Of a stretch of 64,000 nucleotides of DNA, positions 23,387-34,519 are shown one piece after another (within the stretch, counting starts at the first letter, position 1; every line of letters starts with the position of its first letter). Source of the stretch: Gnetum montanum (taxonomy: Eukaryota; Plantae; Gnetophyta). Made by a program: the position numbers and the translations under genes. The stretch covers positions 249,344-313,343 of the forward strand of contig MNCI01002152.1 of NCBI GenBank assembly GCA_015680685.1, written 5' to 3'. The notes beneath the pieces were generated by a model. It was given only the letters and a program-made list of their open reading frames with translations, ran no database searches and was not told where the DNA came from.

Positions 23387-25007
23387 ATGGCTTCAACACA
23401 TAAGGAAAAAGTATCACTTGCCAAATAACTACAAAAGAATAATGGTAGAACACATGATGATGAAGACTAGAGGATACCTATGAAAACAAGGATCTCATAT
23501 GCTCACATCAATCCTTATTATTCTAATTTTACATTCATCTTTCATCAAGATGGAAAGTTGAGGTGAAGAGACTTACAAGACAACATCATTTTACCTTTAG
23601 AGTGTTTAGCACTCGCCATGCTTCAAAAATATTTAAGGGGAATGAATCTAAGCCATGTACAAGAGGAGTATCATGTGATCAAACACATGATAAGATCCTA
23701 CTAATCCATAGATACACAAGTGTAGAGAGACATTGCTATGGGGACAAAACATGAGAATAACAAGGGAGAGAAGGTTAACTCTTATATTGTGCCAAAAGAA
23801 CTTGATGGTGATGCATTTATAGTAGAGAAACTTCACCATAATCATGAAGTCCATTCACAAATGCTTATTATTTGTCTAGAAGAACTTGTTAAGGTACAAC
23901 TATATTAATCCTTTGTAGAGACATCAAGAAGAGAAGCAAAGGACTCTAAATACAAGTGAACTCAAGGCCTAGAGTTTCTATTAGATCACAAAGAGATGGA
24001 TTCCAAAGTATTAGAAGGAGAAATAGCCAACATCATTCTTCAACTACTTCATCTTCCTCCTCATGGTCTTTGGTGAACTCTACAAAAGGGGACAAAGGTT
24101 TAGAGATCATAATTAGAAGAGAAATTGGGCTCATGATAGACATGGGAATCATCAAAGGTATCTTGAAGAAGAGGATGATGAGCATGAACCATGAAGGGAT
24201 AGGGACAAACATGAAGAAAGAGAGTGGTATGAGTACCAAAAGGAACATCACTACAACCAAGCATATGAACCCTATAACCATGAAGAACCCCTATTGGAAA
24301 CTTGTAACATGATCAACATAAGGGAAGTAGTGTACATTTCAACTAGGCATGTAAGAGATAGTCGCATCAAGTGACTAGATAACATAGATCTACATCATCA
24401 CCTTCAAGAATTTCATGATGATTGTGCCCTGTAGAATATTGAAAGTGACTAGAAAAAGCTTAATTTGTTCCCTTAGACCCTCATCAAAAAAATAGAAAGT
24501 TGGTACAGATCATTGAAGCTAGAATTTATCAGAAGGTATAGTATCATACTTGAATTCTTCAATGACAAATATCAAACTTACTCTAGGGTGTCCAATCTTA
24601 GAAAGTAGATCTAGGGCTAGAAATAAGGGACACACAAATCCCTTGATGTGGTGATGGGTAGATACTAATTTCTTCTACATAGGTGCCTAGGCCATGAATT
24701 TTTCCAAAGGGAGTAGCTTAGGCACATTGTCAATGGGTTGAGGAATAAAATTATGAAAACCCTTGGAGTCTATGCCTAAGGTAGACTATCCAAGATGACC
24801 TTCCATCAAATCTAGAGGTCAATTGGCCAAGTGGCAAAGGAGGAAGTTGAGTTAAAAAAGAGAGAATCAATCAAGGAATATAATTGAGATCCATCTATTA
24901 GAAAAAGAGATGTATGAATATGTGATAAGCAAGAGGAAGAAACCTTGGAAGAGGTGATTTAGAAAAATGCTCTACCAATTCAAAACTTTGTTAATGACAT
25001 AGAAGCT
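23387..25007 (+). pseudogene. gag: gag of E, N-terminal part (extension plus retrotransposon-gag core)
   Basis: MASTHKEK start; HHLQEFHDDCAL..KLNLFP.TL....SWYRSL homologous to gag of C and B. Confidence 0.8.
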
Positions 25008-27467
25008 TCTTGTCACATTTACACCATTTTGATGGAGTAGATTTTATGAGATAATATTGAGAACTAAATTACACAATTTAGCTTTTCAATGGTGATTGGA
25101 AGATAAAAGTTAAATTATTTATTTGAAAGGGCAATAGTAAGAAGCATGATGAAGAAAGGTGTTAAAGGAAAAAAAATTGAAAAATGCTCTTTATATTCAA
25201 GGTGTGCACATTTTAAGTTTGGGTTCATAATTCCAAATGCATGGAATTAATGAAAGCTTAATAAGGTGTTTCTAGCTTAAGGATGAAGAAATTGTATTTT
25301 CCCATGTAAAAGTATATATAATGGTGTAGGTGAAATTTGGGAAATGATTTGGGGATTGCAAATTAGTGTATTGTAGTTGTATCATCATTGGTTCTTACAT
25401 TGTATTAGTTTATCAGTTTTAGTTTTAGTGGTAAATTGGATGTTTCAAAGAATGATAAAAAATAAAGTGGATAAACTGGTGTATCCATTTTCCCTAAAAC
25501 TATGCAAGAACTTCTTAGGAAAATTGACAAGTAATTTCATTACATAAAGATCCATTGTTATGCTTTGGTGCAATTCATAATGATATATTCAATCTACGGT
25601 GGCTTCCAAATGATGGTAGAAAATTAAGTTGTAGAGTTATGAATTTTGAACAAAACAAGAGGAAAATATCTAGTTCAAAGGCTTAGTAGAATTTGATGAA
25701 TTTTGGCAAAACAAGATCATAATTTCAACACAAAGTAAACAAAATTAACAATATTCTTGTTAAATGGTGGATGAAATATTCAACAAAATTGTCTAAAAAA
25801 TTCATCATTATTTCAGAAGAGAAACCCTTGCTATAGAAAAAAAACATGGAAATATGAAGTGTAGCAAGAAAATAAAATTTCAAAAACTTGCAGAAGAATA
25901 CAAGCCCTGTGATTCATAAGAAGGTATATACAAAATCGATTTTTCAAAGCAAAAATGAGCATGCCAAACCTACAGGAATTAGAAATTTGGCTTCACACTC
26001 AAAATCAAAAGAAGCCCCAAAGTAGTGGCTATCATATATTTCAAAAAAAAAATGTAGGTTGTATAACCCTAAGCAAAGGGTATTTGTCATGGAAAATTTC
26101 TCCACAGTAGCACTAGAAATTTGAATGAAAGCTCCTCTCCAACCGCCCACACACAAGTTTCACCTCACAAAGGGTCACGCAACAGCAGGGCATTGACGTG
26201 GTGAGAACCAAAGTAGGGTCTAAATTTGTAGATTTCTTGTTTATTATGGAGGTAGCTATTTTGGAGTAGCACCAAGTAGAATAATGAGTATAGAGACGAA
26301 GGAAGAAATCATTGGGAGTGCCATGCCTATAGAATCACAGTAGTAGGATCCACGAGCAAAAGTAGGGGATCTAGGACAAACAAGAACTACATGCAATGGA
26401 GGCAACATGATAATGGACATGATAGCCATGAAACTCAAACATTGACACAAAGCACATCAAATATGAAACCATGTATATTAAGGTCTCATGGCCTTAATAA
26501 CAATTTTAATTAAAAAATAAATCATTATAAACAAAAACTTATGGTTTATTCAAATGATAGCTAGTAATTTTAAAAGGAGAGGTTTACGATTTGAAAAGGG
26601 GAAAATTTATAATCATTTAATAAATATAACTTTAATTTCTTTGGAAATTAAAAATTTTCAATGAAAGTTATAAACTTCCATGGAAGTTATAGATAGATCT
26701 CCTTGATATTTGTAAGGTTGTAATTGTTAAGAAGACACTTGCCAACTATGGCTTGATTCTCTCATAACTCTTTATAGAAGTTATAACTTTTTAAGGTATT
26801 TTTGAATAATATTTCCTAGATATTTAGTTTGGTAGTGAATAAGATTGTATTTTATGAATTTTCTTATTGAGCTTAGAAGGTTTGGGAAATTTGTAGTACT
26901 TAGATTAAATTGAAATAGCTTTATTATGAAGTGTTTCTTAATGTTTAATTTATCTTGCCTAAATGTATAAGATTTACACAAATCTTCGCTCCTTACTTTT
27001 CTCTTTCTAAAATCCATTGAATCTCACTCTATTTCTCATTTTCTTGTGGAATTTTCTCTCTTGGGGGAACTACAAGTAGATTGGCAAAATTGTGCTCAAT
27101 CATTTTTGTGAAATTTTATGTGTTTCAAGTAGCATACTATAGGGACTATATAGACTAAGTGATTTGACAAAAGAGGAATCTCAAACAACTTATAGTATTT
27201 GCTAAAGGTAGCTAAATTTCTTTTATGATAGGTAGTTATAATTCCTTACATGAATCCAAGCATTTCAACATTTACAATAACAAGCACATACTTAAGTTTA
27301 GTTCATTTCATAACTACTGAGTTTATTTAGAGGTATTTAAGCCTTGGTGTTGCTAGAAGATTAGCAAGCACTAAACCCTATTTTGAGGAACATCTTCATT
27401 TCGCATGATCCCCAAGGTCATGAGATCAGAGGCCTCCAATGTTGGTGGTCCCAAATGATCACCAACA
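25008..27467 (+). repeat. 5' LTR of D
   Basis: Collinear with 34520-37415; lacks the segment present at ~36345-37010 in the 3' LTR. Confidence 0.9.
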
Positions 27468-27474
27468 ATTCTTT

Positions 27475-27491
27475 TGGCACTAGAAGAAGGG
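27475..27491 (+). promoter_or_regulatory. PBS (decayed TGGCGCTAGAAGGAGGG, tRNA-Arg type seen in Tat elements)
   Basis: TGGCACTAGAAGAAGGG 7 nt after the LTR end. Confidence 0.75.
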
Positions 27492-27549
27492 TAATTTATT
27501 GTGTAAGTTCATAAGCCTAATAATTCTAATGCACCAATAGTTATTTTGG

Positions 27550-30500
27550 TGTTATAAGGAGGGTAGAACATTTGTTACCTAAGTTTATTAGATTTGAAGA
27601 TATTAATAGTCCTAGCACAACAAGAGTTCTTTTGTTACTAAGAGGGCCTGAAAGTTATTATTTCGAGTTAATGATAAAAAAGATTGGAAGTTTAGAAGAT
27701 TTTGAAAGTCCTAAATAATTTTCTGATTATAAGACTAATTATTGATCAAAAAAAGAACAAAAAAAGGTTTTTGAGTTTGGCACAAGTATTGGAGTACAAA
27801 CCAGAAGGGTAAGAAGATCATCTCTTTTGTCTAGTTTAGTCTATAAGAGAAAGTGAAAGAAATATAAGAGTTCAACAATCAAAAGGAATTCTAATAGGAT
27901 GGTAAATCATTGAAAAATACTTACACGATTAGGATTTTAGAACTACAATGATATTCCTCAGGTAGTTTATAAATATTTGCCTAAGCCTTTTATTCTTAGA
28001 AAAGCTTACTTAGTTGAAGAATACATCCTCTTAGTTGAGTTAGCTATAGCTCATGCAAATATTCAACATCAAGATCAAGCTTGTAGGTTGTTTGTGGAAA
28101 ATTTAGTGGATATGGCATAGATTTGGTATTCAAACGTGCCAAGAAATAGTATCATAAGTCAAGATAATATGAAAAGTCTTTTTCTAGCCCAATTTGACAA
28201 TCAATTGAATCAATAGCAACTGTACTATGGCTTAGTACGATCTAAGGAGTTAAAGAGTTAATTAGATATTTTAACATTAAATTTTGATGAATTTGTGGGA
28301 TCTTTCAAAGATAGTATAGAATATTAGATGAAATGCTGAGAGACACCAATCTTAAGGTTGTCGATCCCAATATTTCAATCTGGTTAAGGAGAACTCCAAA
28401 TTTTCTAACATTGAATGACTACTTTAGTGAGGCTATACAGTTAGAAAAATAACTAAACTTGAACAATGAAGAGATTGTCACAACTCAAAAAAGAGAAGAA
28501 AAGATGATGATTCTTGTGCAAGATGTTTCTCAACTTAAAGCATTACTAGGACCAACTTGTATTAAGATAGAGCAAGGGTTAGAAAATAGAGAATTTGATA
28601 AGGGATAGTTAACGAAAAATTTATCTAACAAAGTAGTGAAGCTAGAAAAAGCATTGGTGAAAGTTAAAATCAATGAAGAAAGAAAGAACAGAAAATATTA
28701 GATAGAGAAAGAGTTAGAAAGTAGAGAATTTGATAAGGGATAGTTAATGAAATATTTATCTAACAAAGTAGTAAAGTTAGAAAAAGCTTTGGTGAAAGTT
28801 AAAATCAATGAAGAAAGAAAGAATAGAAAATATAAGCATCAAGATACCAAGGTAGTAGAAGATGAGGATGAAGATGATCTTGTTATGTCTAACTTCCTTG
28901 ATATTGAATTAGGTAATGAGCTATCTAATGTTTATTATGTAGAAAAATCTTCTAATAATGGATCTAGCAATACCTCTTCTCTATCGAGTTCTGAAGAGGA
29001 TATGTTATTAGATGAGTGTAATCATAATGAAGAAAATGGATATAATCTTTGATCAAAAGAAAGATTAACTATGTCAAGGCCTTTAAACATAATTTTGGAT
29101 CCATCTACTAAGGGAAATTTTCTTGAATTAAGTAGAAGAGAGAAAAATAAAAATAAATAAGGTCAATTAGAGAAAATTACTAAAAATCAAACTCTTAAAT
29201 GGATGAAGAAACTAGGTTTGGATGGTAATGGAGAACATGATTTAGTTGAGGATCTTAAACATGTTAAGGCCAATATTAACATATATCAATTGTTACAAAT
29301 AGGAGATCAACAATGAAAATATTTAGATCTTTTTAAAGGTAAAAGGAAAGTTGGAGAATCAGAGTTAAGCTATGTATCCAACATTGATAAGGCAACAAAA
29401 ACTAGCTATGGGTGTACTCTTGATAAAGAAGTTCCTTCTTTTCTTTTGATAATAAAATTAAAATATAAATATGTTCACAATTTCTTGGCCAATTCTAGGT
29501 CAATTCTAGATCTACATCTATCATCATGCCATTGTCTATATGCACAAATCTCAATTTGATTCTTGAACAATCCAATAAGAAGATTGTTTGAGTAGATAAA
29601 AGTAGAGTAAAGATTGTGGGTTAACTACCAAATGTTCTATTGGAAATTAATTCTAAACCCCATATAACAAGAAAAGTGACTATTCAAGTAGCATATATAC
29701 TAAATTCACATAGTCTTTTATTAAGTAGAAGTTGGAGTAAGAATCTCTTAGGTTACATTTCAAAAAATTATTCTCATATGTGGCTACCTTGGAAAAGGGA
29801 GCCAAATCATATATATATATAGTGAGCCTTTGATGATGGAAAACATAACTTCGAATGGAAAGAATAAAGTTGTTGGAACAAGGGTTTATGAATCCAAAAT
29901 TTGCACACTTTAAGAATTTTATAACTTGGAAAAAGAGGAAGTTCAAGATTAGAGTAAATGAAAATTATATTTTGATGGGTCTTGTAACTTGAAAGGTGTA
30001 GGAGTTGGAGTAGTTATAGTAAAAGATAAATTTCCAAAAATATTCAAGGAAATTCATTTATGTTTTTCTTGTGCAAATAACAAGGTTAAATATGAAGCTT
30101 TGAGTATTGGAATTAAAATGACAGTGGAAATGGAAATCAAGGTAATCACCATAAAAGGAGATTCAAGATTGATTTGTGAATAAGTCAAGGGAAATTGTGA
30201 GGTCAAAAGCTCATTCTTGCAACCTTATAAATAGCTTGTCTACAAAATGTTGGATTAGTTTCATTATTATTAGATAGAACATATAGGTAGAAAGGATAAT
30301 TATATAGCAAATTATTCAACTAAGGCAACTACAATATTAGATGAGAGAAGGATAGAAAGTTATGAAGGAGTAGTAATTGAAAATGAAAAATCAATCATCA
30401 GTACCAAATAACATGAAGCATTTGCAAATATTTGAAGATGATGATCAAATACTTAGATTTATGAAGAATAAGCAAGAATTTGAAAGTTAAATCACACCAG

Positions 30501-33289
30501 AGATAATGTCAAGTTCTAAGTATAACTAGATTCCTAACACTGTGATTGGTTATGAACATGAGTTTAGTAAAAATTAGCTCATAAGGAAAAATATACAAAA
30601 TTTTGCTAATCAAGCTTATGAAGCACTAAATCTCAGATCTACCAAAATACCAAAGATATTAAATTTCAAAAAGGAAGATAACTCAATTTTTGGGAAAAAC
30701 GTGTTATTACTATTAAAGAATAATTTAGAAAATTTTTCTTAGTCTTATGATGATCTTAAAGCTTTCAAATCCAATGTGATGACACATAAAATTCCCTTAA
30801 TAGCTGGTGGTAAGATAGTTAAGCAAAAGAAAAGGAAATTTAATCCATCATTTGAACCAACTATGGAAGCTGAGATTAATAAGTTATTACAAGCCCAACT
30901 CATATATCCAGTTTAATATTTGACATGGCTTGCTAATGTTGTTCTAGGAAGGATGAAGAATGGTTAAAGTAGGTGGATTTTAAAAATTTAAATGAAACCT
31001 CTAAAAAAGATAAGTACCCACTCCCTATAATTGATGAAATATTGATCAAAGTAATGGGGTGGATAAGGGTCATAGATATAAAATAGCATTTATCACTAAA
31101 TAGGGGATATTTTCTTACAAAAGAATGTAATTCAGATTATCAAATGTTGGAGCTACTTTCCAAAGAGTAATGGACTTAGTTTTTAAAGGCTTGATAGGTG
31201 AGTTCATTGTGGTTTATTTAGATGATATCATAGTTTATTCAAAAAGGAAGGAAGATCATATCAGTCACCTCCAACATGTTTTTGACAAATGTTGTGAGTA
31301 TGGTATTTCATAAACCATAAGAAATGTATCTTTGGGGTTAAGTCTAGAAGTTTGCTAGGTCACATGATTTGTTAAGAAGGAACTACTATATATGACACAC
31401 AAATTTGAGCAGTACAAAATATTGAACATTTGACAAAGAAAATGTCTCTTACATCTTTCTATGGAAAAATAAATTTTGTTAAGAAGTTTATCCCAAGATT
31501 CACCAAAATTACTAAGCCTTTGATGCATATGCTCAAGAAGGATATCATAGTAAGGAAAACACTAGAATTAGAGAAAGCTTTAGCTAAGATTGAAAGGGCT
31601 ATTCAAGAAGCTTCATACTTGGTAAAACCAAGATTGAAGGAAGATTTCTAATTATATGATTTTGTCTCAAATGATTCAATTACTAATTTTTAAACTAAAA
31701 ATGACAAAGGTCAAGATGAACCAATTTGAGTTTTTTGGGTATCAGTTAAAAGGTTCAAAATTAAATTATTTAGATCTAGAGAAATAAGCATTTGTAGTCA
31801 TTAAAGCACTTCCGCAATTCAAATATTTCCTAGAAGGCCCATTGGTTCAGATTATGCTAACAAAACTTTTACTTAAGTAATTCTTGGCTCAAAATGAGAT
31901 TGAAGTGAAAAGAGAGAAATGACTAATAAAGCTGTAAGGTTTCAAATTTTCCTAGATATATGCAAGACTATTAAATAAATGGGGTTAGTCAAGTTAAGGT
32001 CTTGAGAGAATGAAATATGTGTGCTAAAATCTCATGAAAGAAATTGGTATTATAAAATTCTAGAATTTGTAAACACAAGAAAGGTTTCAAATAATTTAAC
32101 TACAAATAAGAAAAGAGATTTCTTCAAAAAGGAAATAAAGTTTGTAGTCAAGGATGGAATCTTATATAGAAACGACTTCAAAGGGTTTTGTTGGAATGTG
32201 TTCATAATGATCAAATCAGTCTTATTTTGGAATAATTCCATGATCATTCTAATTTATTTTATGAGTCCCTTAAGTCCACTATGCAACATATGCTCTATTA
32301 TGGTTTTTATTGTGTGAACATGTACCAAGATATTAGTTCAAAAATTCAAAAATATTACAAGTGTTAGATTCATGAACTATGAATAAGAAAGGCCAAAGCT
32401 CCCTTGAAACTAGTAGTTTTGGATAGATCATTTAAGAAATGGGGTTTAGATTTCATCAGTACAATTACTCCTTCAAAATCTAGGCATACGTTTATTCTCA
32501 TAAATGTCGATTAGTTTACTAAATGGTTAGAAGAGAAATCTCTAGGAAACTATTTAGCATTGGATATGATTAGGTTCCTAGAAGATAAACTTCTAAGTTG
32601 CTTTAGTATGCCTAAAGTTCTGGTATTTGATAGTGGACTTGCTTTTTAATATGAGGAGTTTATAACATGGATGTAAAAGGAATCCATCTTTCTATTTTCT
32701 TTATCTAATTATTATCCTCAAGGAAATGGTTTAGTTGAGTACAAGTAAAAAACTTATTTCCTACATAAAAAAGTTGATAGGGGAGAATCTAGGAAATTGG
32801 ATTGATTATTTGGAATCTATGTTATCAATTGACCATATTAGATTTAAAAAGGCTATTGGAACATCAACTTATAACTTAGTATATGGATTTCTTGCAAGAG
32901 TTATGAATAATATTATAAGCTTGGCCATTAATTTTGTACAAAGGTGCAGTGGAAAAATAGATAAAGACAGAAATTTCGTGACCTTGCTTATTAGAACGGA
33001 AGATAAAATAGATAGAGCCAAGGATAATTTATTAGAAAATGCTTATATAGTTAAAATATGGTTCAATAGAAAGGCCATGAAAAGGAATTTTAAATTTGGT
33101 GATCTAGTGTTATTATGGAATATGAAGAAACATAATATCTTTATAGCAAGATGGTTGGGTCTATTTTAGATCAAGAAGCAATTATTAGAAGACACATACA
33201 AGTTGTCCACATCAAGTGGAATGGGATTATGGCTTCCATATAATTTTTTACACATAAAACATTACTTTGAGCAACCACCCATAAGTTGA
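27550..33289 (+). pseudogene. gag-pol: gag-pol of D
   Basis: IWYSNVPRNSI (gag ~28120); PR ~29430-29800; LYFDGSCNLKGVGVGVV...NNKVKYEAL...GDSRLI (aRH 29965-30330); VYLDDIIVYS 31212; WGLDFI 32440; RWLGLF ~33150. Start is approximate. Confidence 0.88.
28565..28834 (+). repeat. 135-bp in-frame tandem duplication in D gag
   Basis: AGATAGAG...AGAAAATAT repeats at 28565 and 28700. Confidence 0.9.
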
Positions 33290-33810
33290 AATATATATTA
33301 ATTAATAATATATACATGTATATAGTAGTTAAATAATAACAATAATAATATTAAGCATACATAGTAATAAGTAACAATTTTTATTATGTAAGTCTTAATA
33401 TATCTATATAGTTAGTTATATAATATTAAATCTTAATATGTATTTATATCATATACATATGTTTAAGCATGTATATATGGTATCATAAAATATGTATACG
33501 ATATTAAATTTATACTATCTCAAGTAATCATTACTTGTGATGTGTGTAAGTAGGAGTGGTGGTTTAGATAATTGCATAGTGGTAAATTAATTTTAACAAA
33601 CAAATAGTGGAATTTCAATTAGCCAACCATATAATGATGGAAATTAAATAAGTTTTGGCTAAGTGGAAAAGTTGGTTGTTGGAATTGGTGGGAATTTCAA
33701 ATTTATCTTACACTATATAAAGAGATATGAATTTCTTGGAAATACAACATCTCTCAATTGAACACTTGAGTGAGAAAAGACAGTGATGTGTTTAAGTGTG
33801 AGGTAGAAAT

Positions 33811-34308
33811 ATGGTTCTTGGAGAGATGGTAGTAAGAAGGCCTTTTATCCCCTATGTTATAGGATGCTATCTAGAGCATGTCATGAGAGCCTATTGTAAG
33901 GCAACTACCTGGTGAGCATCTAGCAAAAACCCTTTCTTACTTTGGCTCTCGGATGAGTTTAGTTTCCTCACTGGTGATCACTCAATACATTTCAATGTTT
34001 GGGGTAGCTTTATCAATGTACGACTAAAGCTAAATACCAAGGAGAGTCCAATCAAGATGATTCTTGGGGAGAGGCTTTCATGTCTCAAGACACAGAAGTA
34101 ACTAGTATCAAGAACCAAAGAGTTGGATGAGAAAGAGAAAAAGATAGTTGTTGATGACAAGGATGAAGCAGACCAAGTTGAAGCTTCAACTATGGAAGAT
34201 GAAGGAAGAAAAGCATTCATTACCATAGAGATAGAATATGAAAGAATTAGCAATATGAGACTTCTTAAAAGAGTAAAATTAACTATTCCTTTCCCACCTA
34301 CAAAATAG
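33811..34308 (+). pseudogene. Extra ~165-codon ORF between INT and the 3' LTR of D, unknown function
   Basis: ATG 33811 is in frame with ORF 34123-34308; two internal stops (TGA, TAA); TATATAAA ~33714 upstream. Confidence 0.55.
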
Positions 34309-34519
34309 TTTGTATAAAGCTATGTTTGTACAGTTTCTTAGTTTTATACGATTGAAGTTTTTTATACCATCAAACCTTAAGTTTGATGGAAATTATCCTC
34401 ACAAAGATTTATGTTTTTTTAAAAAAAGCTCAATAAATTCTTGTTTTGATGATGATTTAGTTGGTGAATGATCTTAAACATCTTAAATCCTTAAGGAATT
34501 TAAAATGGAGGATAAGAAA

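Noticed and set aside
23956-24312. Overlapping hydrophobic or Met/Ile-rich ORFs (also 49397-49863) as membrane proteins
   Set aside because: They are alternative-frame and antisense shadows of the R/D/E/H-rich gag linker.
25944-26450. Antisense ORFs within the D LTR (also 35499-35977)
   Set aside because: Reading frames are not consistently preserved between the two LTR copies, and no motif was recognised.
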